DNA of 64,000 bases. Source: the human T2T-CHM13v2.0 reference genome, Homo sapiens. Positions 53,167 through 64,000 of this stretch are shown here, in pieces. Where the stretch lies: the NCBI RefSeq assembly GCF_009914755.1, contig NC_060934.1. The stretch is one strand, 5' to 3'. The notes under the pieces were generated by a model that saw nothing but the letters and a program-made list of their open reading frames with translations, was not told the origin of the DNA and made no database searches. The translations under genes were made by a program, and so were the position numbers. Within the stretch, counting starts at the first letter, position 1, and each line of letters begins with the position of its first letter.

Positions 53167-53645
53167 GTGGCAGGCACCCTCTAAAATGACCCCAATGATC
53201 CCAGCCTCTTGGTATTCATGTCGTAGTAAAATTCCCTCTTCTTAAGTATCAGCTGAACCTAGCAACTCGCAAAAGTGGTGGGATGCCACTTTGGAGATTT
53301 GGTTATAAAAGGTGGTGGCCTCTGTCTCAGGCGCTCTCTGTTTCCTATCTCTTGAATCACCACCAACCATGTCATGAGGACACTCAAGCAGCCTACGAAA
53401 GGGCCCACATGGGAAGGCACTGTGTGAGTGGGCTTGGAAGCAGCTTCTCTAGCTCCAGTGGAGTCTTGGGAATAACGCAGCTTTGGCGGAAAGTTTGACT
53501 GCAACCTCCTGAGAGACCCTGAGTCAGAGGCACCCAGCTAAGCAGTTCCCAGGTTACTAGTCCACTGAAACTGTAGGATAATAAATGTTTGATGTTTGAA
53601 GCACTCAGTTTTAGGGTAACATTATGCAGCAACAGATAACAAACA
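53167..53645 (+). mobile_element. MLT1F-like MaLR LTR
   Basis: TGTGGCAGGCACCCTCTAAAATGACCCCAATGATCC..TTGACTGCAACCTCCTGAGAGACCCTGAG..CCCAGCTAAGC..GCAGCAACAGATAAC. Confidence 0.85.
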
Positions 53646-53990
53646 CAGCAAGTTTGTCTTCCCCACCAGACCCTGAGAGAGAACTGTCTTACTCATCTTG
53701 GGTGTCCCAGTGTCTGGCACTGTGACTGCCATAAAGTAGGTCTCTTATAACTCTGATGAAAGGAACAGAACCAAATTGCATTTTTCCTTGTAAACCCTGT
53801 CCTCCACATACATGCTGTGTGAATCCAGCCCCTTTTTTTTTCTTGGCCACAGAGAGAATTGGCTGGGTTCATTCCCATTACCACAAAGCCCTCAAGACAC
53901 ACTTGCTTTTGCCTGCTCCCCATAAAATGCCTCAGGTGATATACGGGCAGGAGGAAAAAGACCCTAACACATCTTTCAGACATTAAAGAG

Positions 53991-54155
53991 CAGAGATTCT
54001 TACCTCAGGTCCATGAGCACTGGTTTTAGGGGTGAGAGTACTACCTAGGGTTATATGCAAAAGTCTCCATGTTTGTACATGATTTTCAGGGAGAGGATTC
54101 ACAACTTTACAAGTGCCTCAAAGAGATCATGATTAAAAGGGCTGAAAAGCCAGTG
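53991..54155. mobile_element. MER103C-like hAT-Charlie element
   Basis: CAGAGATTCTTACCTCAGGTCCATG..TATGCAAAA..GGGAGAGGATTCACAACTTT..CTCAAAG..AAAAGCCAGTG. Confidence 0.6.
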
Positions 54156-55449
54156 TTCCAGAGAGAGACAGAGGAAAGGAAAGAGATGCAATCTCTGATG
54201 AAAGATTTCCGTGTCTGACGGGGAGCCAAGGAATGAGGGTGATTCTGGTTGAGCTGGACTTGCATCATCTCACTTTCCCTGAAACCATTCCCAGCTAGGA
54301 TTGAGATTCTAGAAAGTATACTAATGGATGATGTTTTTTTCTCTTCTTCTTCTTTCTTGTTCCTTCAATGGTGAAAAGAAGCCTTTTGCATGTTGATTGT
54401 ATGCAATTAGTCCCTGCCTGTCTCTCAGCCCCATCCCCTCCCCAAGAGAATATTGAGCAATGTCCTGAGCAGGCGGGATGTGGATCTGGGCTGTGTCTGG
54501 CCTTCTCGGGAAGCAGGTGAACCTTGGCTTCATGTTCCCCTGTTTTTCTGTTCTCCCTTCTGAGCCTCCATCCTCTAAACATGTGTTTCCCTCCTCAGAA
54601 CTGAGCCTGTGCCCCGTTCCTGTTATTCATTTTCATCCTTACCAAAGCATTAGTTAATAACTGAGGTGTTGGTTGTTATAGAAAGAAACTCATTGCATTT
54701 GACTGTCAGAGGAACTGATATTTCAATGCACTAGAGACTCCCAAATCAAACCACAAAGATGCCTGTTTATTCCTAAGGAGAAATGTATGTGCTAGCTGGG
54801 ATCACAACAATAGGTCCTGACCTTCTGAGAATCACTTGGTCTCCCCTGGTCATTACATCTTTCTCTGTCAAGTAAGAGAACTGGATTAGATTTCCTCCAG
54901 TGTTCCTTCCAGTCTCAAAACTGATCAAAGGGTTGAAGGAGAATAAAAAAAGTTACTGAGAAGCAGACTTGGACTCAATGTTCAAATAAACTACCAGTAA
55001 GCAGAAATGTCCAAATACAGAATGGGAGGTAGTAAACACCCTCTCATGGAGATGTTGATTCAGAGGCCGGACAACCCATTGCAAAAGATATTATTAAAGG
55101 ATATTATCATTTATGTGTGTGTGTGTGTGTGCTCTGCACACACACATTCATTCATTCAACAAACACTTAGAGAGCCTCATGTATCTGCTAGGCACTGATG
55201 AGTCAGCATTGAAACATGACGTTGACAATTTCTGTCTTAGTAAATCTGCATTCTAGGATCAAGTAACATGCATGTATATACAGTGTAGGTATATACACAG
55301 TAGGAAGAGGTGGAGTCTCAGGCAAACTCGAGAGTATATGCCCTAACTAAAGGCATACAATGTTAAAATTATACCCATTTTGTGGGCCAGATAAGTCTGC
55401 AAGCTGAATTTGACATGGATCACAAAGTCGTGATCCATGGTCCAGATAA

Positions 55450-55670
55450 TAATAAAGATTAATTGAGTGATCACTATGTGCCAGCCTGTTCTAGGTGCCT
55501 TACACATATTAAAACACTTATTCCTAGAATTAAAGCACTCTTATAGGGACAGTTATTTTCTCCATCTTATAGGTGAGAAAGCCATGGCAAAAAAGAGTTA
55601 AGTAAGGTGCCCAGGTCACCTGGCAAGCGGATCTGTGACTCCAAACCCACTTTTGAAACTCTATGTTGCC
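55450..55670 (-). mobile_element. MIR SINE
   Basis: TTGAGTGATCACTATGTGCCAG..TTATAGGTGAGAAAGC..GTTAAGTAAGGTGCCCAGGTCAC. Confidence 0.75.
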
Positions 55671-55775
55671 TCTACCTAGCTGATTCCTCTGGTTCTGAAC
55701 TTTTTTGGTTATGCAGAATTGGTCTTATTTAATCAAATCAATGAAAGTGAGTGAGTTTTATTCATTTCTCTTTTA

Positions 55776-56033
<258 letters not shown>

Positions 56034-56857
56034 TTATGTCTGTCCCTGTGAAACAGCCAAAGACTGGGGTCAAGCAGGGAACAAATTATTTTCTCCTTTA
56101 CATGTCAAGGGAGCAAGCATGTTATTCACCCTCTTACCTAACAAGCTTGTGCCTTGACCACAGAATGGTGAAATTTAAGAAGTGGAAGAGATCTAAACAT
56201 CAAGTATAATACTTCTGCAGGTTCTTAATAGGATTTATAAGAAGGCAGTAGCTACATGGTCAAATAACTTCAGGAATTTCTGGGTTGAAAAAGAGTTAAC
56301 CTAGTTTTGTTACATTTTAGCCTTCTTGGACTACTTACCTTATTTTTCATGGGACATCTCTTGGACTAGGAATGTTCTGGAGAATATATTTGGAAAACCT
56401 GGCCTGATCTTCCCATCTGATTTTCACACGTGAGGAATCTGAGGAGCTTGAGAAGATAAATGAGCCACTCAAGGTCACACAGCTGGTAAATAATAGTACT
56501 GATAAAAGGTCTTTGAGTTTTATGGTTGTGACAGCTTAGATATGAAAAGGGTCTTAAAGAACACCTAATTTAAGCAATTCACTTTGTTAGAAGAGGAAAT
56601 ACAACTCCAAAGAGGATAAGTTACTGTCCAAGGCTGTACAGGCAAAGTCTATATGGAGAATCTGATAGACTTTCTGGCTTCTCCTTGGAAGGAAACAAAG
56701 TGAAAATGAATTTAATTATGCTAGCCAGAAATGACTCTTAACCAATGTTTTCTAAGTATGCATAAGAACTTCTGCTAAATGCTATAAGACACTGACATGA
56801 CAGACACTGAGATGCTGCTGTAGCCTCAGTAAGGTAGCAACTGGGAGGTGGCTGGTG

Positions 56858-57031
56858 ACTTCACATTAGAACCACTGGGAGCTTTATCAATACTACTGAT
56901 GACCTTGTCTGAGCCATACTCTACAGAAATGAAATCTATTGAGAAGTTGGAGGTGAGATGGGGCCCCAGTGTCTGTACTTTTCAAAAACTGCCTGGGTGA
57001 TTCTAGTGCAGCCAGAGTGGAGAACCACTAG
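56858..57031. mobile_element. MER5B-like hAT-Charlie element
   Basis: CACATTAGAACCACTGGGAGCTTT..GGTGATTCTAGTGCAGCCAGAGTGGAGAACCACT. Confidence 0.7.
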
Positions 57032-57152
57032 CCTAGAGCAAAACAAGATCCGGAGTCAGAGAGAAGAGAAAAAGATGGCAGCAGAGGCCTCAGGCCAAGG
57101 GGTGCCCAGATCACCAGCAGAGAGGAGGCAGTGGTGCTTATCTCCTTATTAT

Positions 57153-57155
<3 letters not shown>

Positions 57156-57193
<38 letters not shown>
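57156..57193. repeat. (CA)19 microsatellite
   Basis: Pure CA run preceded by ATGCG. Confidence 0.97.
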
Positions 57194-57196
<3 letters not shown>

Positions 57197-58240
57197 CTTT
57201 CATCTGTCTCCTCTATGGCTACAAGGGGAGAAATCCCTTGGTGGGAATAAGACCAGCATTAAGAAGAGATGGATAAAAAGATCATTGGCCAGCCCAGCCT
57301 TAGGCCTAGCTAAATCTTACCAGCATAGATTTGTAAAAAATTCTGTCAGCATGGCCCTGTGACTTTTTCTGAAATGCTCCCATACTCTGTGCTTGGAAGC
57401 AGAAAGAGTAGGCCTGTGGGTTATTTAGAGCTTTGGGCAGGCAGGATGGATACAAGCCTTCTTGCTAGCAGCAGAATTGACAGGTGAGAGAAGCTGGTTG
57501 ATAGATTCCATGCAGATTGTCCTTGTTTCACAATTTCAGTGAACCAGTGATGACTATAAGGAGTAGACTCCACTGTGAGGGGGCACACCTTATTCTACCT
57601 GGAGTGAATTCCCTGCCCAGGATAGTGGTGCTTCACTCTGCCCATATCTATGCTTCTTAGATTCCTTTCAAATCTCCCTTAACATCATTTGGAAATAATT
57701 TGTATTTTCATTTTGGCTAAATTTTAGACATACAACCATCCCTCCAATTATTTCTGTAATAATGTCCTTCCTGTGCCTAGCGGAACTGCCAAATCCGGCC
57801 ACAGCACAGCTGATTATGAACTTGTGACTCAGTGGCCGACATTTGAAGACAACCTTTAACTCCAATAAGAAGCCAGCAGCCAGCATCTTCTAGCAATTAC
57901 TGTAATTTATGTATTCAAAAAACGAAACGGCAATGTTCAGGTTTCTCTAAGAGATTCTTGCCTTAACCACATGAGGACTGAGTCTCGTTTGTAGAAAAAT
58001 GAGACTAGCTTCTTGTCCTTCACCTCTGACCACGGGGAGTCTCAGAATGAAGTGCTATCTGAGATTAAATTGTGGCTTTCTTTTGTTTAATTTTTAAAAT
58101 TTTACTATCCCCCGCTCCAGCTGGAAACCGAGAGTTAGTATGCACAGTCTGCTTTCCAACTGAACTGCCTAATCCTCTATGACTCAGCTGTCCAGAGCCA
58201 CAGCTGGCTTGGCATTGATTTTAAAAGCCTCTCTTTTCTG

Positions 58241-58246
<6 letters not shown>

Positions 58247-58304
<58 letters not shown>
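58247..58304. repeat. (TC)29 microsatellite
   Basis: Pure TC run of 58 bp. Confidence 0.97.
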
Positions 58305-58307
<3 letters not shown>

Positions 58308-58948
58308 GTTCTCTCTCCTTTCTGCTTTCCACTCTAAAGTCCCCTCCCCCTCTCCCTACCCCAAGCCAGTTCCACAGTGAATTGATTGCCAGATCTTTCC
58401 AATTGGCCATAAGCAGTGCCAGAGGGAAACTCCTAGTTCTCTGGCTACAGGCTTGGGCTGGGGAAGCAGCTCATAAGGTCAGTGTCCCAAACTCAAGCAG
58501 ACAGCAGTACAAATAAACAGCCATGGGGAGACAGACACGGAGTCAGGAAAATCCCCTACATGACTAGACTATCAGTTTCAGCAATGCCGTGACTGGGAAC
58601 ATCAGGTTCAAGCCCATGACACTGAGGCCAAAGGGTTTGCCTTGGAATAAGCATTGTTCTCAAGCCCATTTCTCTCTAGCCAGAGGCCATATTTTGTTAA
58701 AGAAAAAAAATTCACCTGAAGGATGACTGGGAGTCAAAATTAAATAATTATAAAAAATGATACATTTTCAGGATTTGAGTTAATTGAGGTAGAAGGACAA
58801 TCTAAATTAGTTAAGAACCTGAATTATGGAAGTTCTTGAAAGACAAGTGCCAGTGGGGAAGGGTCCTCTTGGTAGTGTTCTAGAAGAAAATTTGGTATTT
58901 GAAACCACACATGTCCATTTAAATGGACAAGAACCATGAGGTTCTTAC

Positions 58949-59157
58949 CAGAGGCAGATTTATCATGAAACTAGTGAGGTTTATATTTCAAGACTCCCCT
59001 CTTAGATAGACACAGCTAAGGGGCACTAACATTGTGTTTACATGGTTATATGTTGTAAAATTTGCAAAAGTAAAATGTTTTAATATTCTTTTACTTAAAA
59101 AGGGATCCCCAACTTATACAAGCTTCAGACCCCTTGAATCCTGAACCCATATCAATT
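58949..59157. mobile_element. ORSL-like hAT-Tip100 element
   Basis: CAGAGGCAGATTTATCATGAAACTA..TGTGTTTACATGGTTATATG..GTAAAATTTGCAAAAGTAA..AAGCTTCAGACCCC. Confidence 0.6.
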
Positions 59158-59446
59158 GGGAAAGGCATTTGGGGATAGATGGGGTGAGTGAAGGGGATTG
59201 CCTTTGGGGTCCACTTTTGTTCTTGTTTATTCGGATGAAAGGAGGAGGTACCCTAGTGTGGGGTCCAGCTTTTAATTCTCATTGGTGACTTAGGGCTCCC
59301 CTTCGTCCAGGCAGCCTCCCTCTTGCCCCTCAGAACAATCTAATGTGACCCTACAGACACCTCCTGTGATCATGGTTCTTATTTTAGAAGTAAATGTGAG
59401 CATACATGTGCCCAGCATAAAGAAAGCATTCTATAAAATGCTAGCT

Positions 59447-59848
59447 ATGGTGGACAATTTTCCGTGCTCATAATGGTACTCCCTTTCTTTTGGGCATTTC
59501 TAGTGCAACTCACATCCTTGGCCATGACAATCATCTATGGTTGAATGTGTGACTCAAATCAGGCCTTTTAGAGTCTTTCCCCAGGTTATTCAACTGCAGC
59601 ATGGGAAAGAGGGTCTCTTTTCTCTGTTCCCAAGGCTGTAAAGGCTATGAACCTATGGCTGGTAGCTGACAGGGATCCAGCCTTGTGGGAAAGCTGGTGT
59701 GCGAATGAATTCTAGAGAAAGTCAGTAGCCCTCCAGTGCCTGATTTCAGCACCCCATCCCATTTTCCTGTGGGTTTATAAGCCCACACAATTCCCCTTTC
59801 TTCTCAAGAAGGTTGCTGTCTCTTGTAACCTAACTTATCCTAATCCAT
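59447..59848 (+). mobile_element. Old MLT1 (J/K-like) LTR
   Basis: CCTTGGCCATG..ATGTGTGACTCAA..CAATTCCCCTTT..CTGTCTCTTGTAACC. Confidence 0.5.
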
Positions 59849-60794
59849 TTTTAATCTGGAGTCACATGGTCATGAAAAAAATTCTTCCAGCTCTCTGTTT
59901 CTCTTCTATTGCAACGAAGTTTCCTGTTGAGCATACTCCCTGTACAATCATCTCCTACAGTGAAATTTCAATCGCTTTTATCAACACTCCTGACATCAGT
60001 GAATTACTAAACATCTTTCACTTTTGCAACTCAAACTATAGCACAAGTACCTATTGGGTCCAAGGCAACTGGCTCCCATCTGGACCAGGTAAACTACCTG
60101 GAATCTGACTGTGCTTCTACTGCAAAGTAAACAAAGGTACAACATCTCCAGGATCTATTACTGAAAAGTGTGAGGAACTGGTAGGTTGACCAATGATGGC
60201 CATAACTTCTGGAATATATTAGGCACTATGTATATGCTGGATTTAAGATTATCTGAGAGCTCAAAGCACATTTTTACGATCACAAGAGTTAAAACATAGA
60301 CCTGGCTGTGTTGGGTGTAATAATTTTGGTCTCACTGACATTACTCCCTAAGAGATGACTGGCCCTATTAGGGACACCTTGGGATAGTCATTTCCTGTAT
60401 GTATAGGGCTTTATGGCTAGAGGGCCTCTTAGCACCTGACGACTCTAATTTTGACCCAATAAGATGCAGTGTTTACAATGCATAAATGTATACCGCAGCT
60501 CAAATTGATGTAATCAACACTCTAATTAGTGTTGCTGAGAATAGGATCTTTCAATTAAACAGTTAAGAATGACTAGTAACTACTTCACAAATAATATTTG
60601 TAGTTGATTTATTAAATAATACTATTAAAGACTTAAAAACAGTCCTTTTCATAAGTGAGTTACCTACTCAATAACCCAACTATATTCAACTTGAAACCCA
60701 ATTTTCATGAAAGTTTACTATCCAAGTTTTCATAAATTATATGCTAGAAAAATCCAAATTATAGGGCAAGTGGCAAATGGTAAGTTACCCTGAA

Positions 60795-60910
60795 TAGAGT
60801 GTTGGGCTGGAATTCGGAAGTCCTAAGTTCTTGTCTTAACTCTGTCCCTAAATTACTGCAATTACTCTGAGCCTCAGTTTCTGCATCTGTAAAATGATAG
60901 GGCTGGACCA
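60795..60910 (+). mobile_element. MIR SINE
   Basis: CTCTGAGCCTCAGTTTCTGCATCTGTAAAATG core. Confidence 0.8.
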
Positions 60911-60919
60911 TATCATAAC

Positions 60920-61160
60920 TACAATTTATTGAGCTATTACTATGTGCAAGGACTTGTATGTGGAGCTTCATGTACATTATTTTATTATGCCACCATTTAT
61001 TTCTTCCATTAGTTATTTTAGTACATGGTACTTTTTATGCTTTACTCTGTACAGAGCAGAAAACTGAGGCTCACAGAGACTAAGAAACTTTCCCAAGATC
61101 ACACAGCTAGTAGGTGGCAGAGTAGAGATTCAAACTGGGTTAAACTAGGTTCAGAGCCCA
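60920..61160 (-). mobile_element. MIR SINE
   Basis: AAACTGAGGCTCACAGAG..CCCAAGATCACACAGCTAGTAGGTGGCAGAG..GATTCAAAC. Confidence 0.85.
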
Positions 61161-62289
61161 CACACTTAACTACTACTTGATTCTGTTATTTTTGGAGGAT
61201 CTCAAGATTCTTCCAGCTACAACGTAATTTTCTTACATTTCTAAGTAGCAATCCATTTCAGGATTAATAGGGTTTCATTATTATCTTAGTATATTTGGAC
61301 TGGTTTGTGACAGTTAATTTCCAGTTAATCCAATTACGATAAAAATGTGAGCTGAGACCCACAAATTTAATTATAACCAACTCAGAACTAATTTTCAGTA
61401 AAATTAAGAAATACCAGTCAGGAAAATACCAATGGCTGTTAGATTCTATAACTTATTCTGCAGCTTATTTTGACTACATTTTAGGAACAAACCCCATTTA
61501 GAAGATGAACTCTGTCCTGAAGGGGAAATTAACCACTCTTGACTCTTTCCCCATTAGTAAAATCCTAAAACAAATACGGATCTTTCCCGCTGGTTTCCAA
61601 TCCCTTTACTCCACCCCAGTCACTACAAACACAGTCTGTCGGTGTGGTCTGACTGGTTGTTGTTGGTGGCAGTGACTTTAATCCTACCCCACCTCCTCCA
61701 AGAGGGAGCTTAGATGCCAAGGGTTTAGCTCTTGGAGTATTTCTCATGCTGTTTGAGGAACTGAGTGTTGGAGCTATAAAGAAATATAATATGTGGCCCA
61801 TTGCCTTATAGATATCCCAACAGTGAGGGCACAAATGAAGCAGATAAAAACGCAGAAAACAGTAGAATAAAGGGTATGTTAAGAGCTCGGCTTCTATGGT
61901 AGACGTAGGGGAAGAAGCTATGATTGAGGGCTGGGTGGGAAAGAGAAAGAGAGAGATTGAGTTGAGGTATAGACAAGACTTGGATTGGCTGGGGAGAATG
62001 GGAAGGGGAAGGAGAGGAGGGGAATTCTGGGCAAGAATACCAGGATAGGGAACAAGGAAGGAATGAATGCAGTGTGCTATAGCACTGTGAAGAGAACTTC
62101 TGTGCTAGCAGACTTCTAACCAAAACCTCTAGTTAACAACTAGAAAATTCTGTCAGAAAAGGTCTTCACAGGCAAGGACTTCATCTCTTTCGCTTATCAC
62201 CATGTCCTTGGTGTCTATAAAAATACTTAATACAGAGTAGGTAGCCAACACATATAATTCAATGCCTAAATGTTGTATTTCATGTAGAC

Positions 62290-62801
62290 CTGTGGCTCTC
62301 AAAGTGTCGTCCCTGGACCAGCATTATCGACATCATGTGGGAACTTGCTAGAAATAAAAATTCTCAGGCCCCACTCCAGACCTACTGAATCAGAAACTCT
62401 AGAATTGGGCCCCGGAGTCCATAGTTTAACAAACTCTCCAGGTGATTCTGATGCACATTGAATTTATAAACCACACCGAGTGCTGTGGCTCGCATCTGTA
62501 ATCCCAGCATTTTGGGAGGCCAAGGCGGATCACTAGAGGTCAGGAGTTTGAGACTAGCCTGGCCAACATGGTGAAAACCCATCTCTACTAAAAATAGAAA
62601 AATTAGCCAGGTGTGGTGGCACATGCCTATAGTCCCAGATTCTTGGGAGGCTGAGGTGGAAGGATCACCTGAGCCTGGGGAAGTTGAGGCTGCAGTGAAC
62701 CATGATTGTGCCACTGCATTCCAGCCTGTATGACAAAGAGAGATCCGGCCTCAAAAACAAACAACAAGCAAACAACAACAACAAAAAAGTATGAACCTTG
62801 G
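62290..62801. mobile_element. MER5A hAT-Charlie MITE, interrupted near one end by an Alu
   Basis: GTGGCTCTCAAAGTGT..ATTCTCAGGCCCCACTCCAGACCTACTGAATCAGAAACTCT..CCAGGTGATTCTGATGCAC. 8-bp TSD ATGTAGAC at 62282-62289 and 62802-62809. Confidence 0.88.
62475..62788 (+). mobile_element. Alu (S-like left arm, J-like right arm)
   Basis: Full dimer with a (CAA)n-rich tail. Confidence 0.9.
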
Positions 62802-63419
62802 ATGTAGACCAAAGCCTGATTATGGCAATTTTCTTCCTGCCTCCAAAAGCTGTGATACTCTTCCTAGAGTGCTCTAAAAGGGAGAATAGGAATATTTATT
62901 CTTTAAATGCTGGCAAGTAACATCTGAAACACTTAAGCGCTGGTAGTGACATCTTTGCATTTTAAAGAACACAGTTGTCTAAATCCAAATAAGTAAAACT
63001 AGATTTATCCATTCATCAGGACTTAGAGTGTCTCTCACAGCAAGAGGAGGACCCCAGCCTCTGGGAAGATAATACTACCAAAAAACCAAAAGTGAATTTA
63101 AAAATATGAATTAAATGATGAAGTACTAGTTTAAGATGGCTGACTGACCCAAGCATTTTCCCTTCTAAAAGTCCAATAAAATAATAATAAAAGAACAACT
63201 CATAAGAGCAAAGAGAATGGAAAGGACACTAGAACCATTTCAATTAATGCCTGAAAAGTGGAAGAGAACAGAAAACGGTGGGACCTTCTTGGAACAACTT
63301 GAAGGAATGAGTGTTGCTGTTAGTAAATGCCTGATGCAGATTCCTGAGGAGCTGAGGCCTTAAGAGTAGCAAGTCTCCCTCTATTCCTGAAGTAAATAAG
63401 TGTTCTCCACGATATTTCA

Positions 63420-63676
<257 letters not shown>

Positions 63677-64000
63677 AAAACCTAGAGAACTGAAAGAGAC
63701 ATTGAAAATTGAAATTCTAAACTCCATATTGACCAAATAAGGAAACTGAGGCATAAGGAAGTTAACAGATGATTATCCCTGGTAACATACTGGTTACTAA
63801 CAAACCTAAGAATCCACCGATCTTTCTCTGAGAGTGCCTTCTATCATATCCCATTGCCTATCTCAATTCACCAGGATTGCCAAAGCCTTCCATGATGAAG
63901 TGCCACATCACATGGATCTCTATCACACTGTTTCGTGAGATGTAGACAAGAATACTGAACTAGGTCATAACACTCATACGCCCCAGCTCTGAGCACATGT

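Noticed and set aside
56215-56400. Possible MER112-like DNA transposon, plus nearby short MIR pieces at 56415-56640
   Set aside because: Only partial motif resemblance and boundaries could not be defined by eye.

Overview
Human (Homo sapiens) non-coding genomic DNA, either intergenic or deep intronic. It is AT-rich and CpG-depleted, with no CpG island. A human-specific AluYb8 (9682-9992) supports the species call. I could not identify the locus. I found no credible host protein-coding exon, rRNA, tRNA or CRISPR array. The recognisable ORF-track peptides are fragments of L1 ORF1/ORF2, of L2 reverse transcriptase, or read-through of Alu. Roughly half of the window is interspersed repeat. The centre (about 14.1-37.4 kb) is a well-preserved nest of retroelements whose insertion order can be read from target-site duplications (TSDs). 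An MST LTR is split by a full-length L1PB, which itself carries a THE1 solo LTR and two Alus. About 0.8 kb away and divergently oriented lies a near full-length ancient L1M carrying MSTB, AluY, AluJ, a truncated L1PA (with AluJb) and an L1MA (with AluS). The most noteworthy non-routine signals are: a perfect 20-bp-stem hairpin in unique sequence with a template-switch signature (3192-3245); a 47-bp near-perfect tandem duplication; a young AluYb8; a tailless Alu bounded by a TSD; a strong CTCF-like motif; and several candidate enhancer and non-B-DNA clusters. The sequence does not support a claim of a new multi-gene biological system. Subfamily names come from recalled consensus sequences, not from a search, and coordinates of old repeats are approximate.
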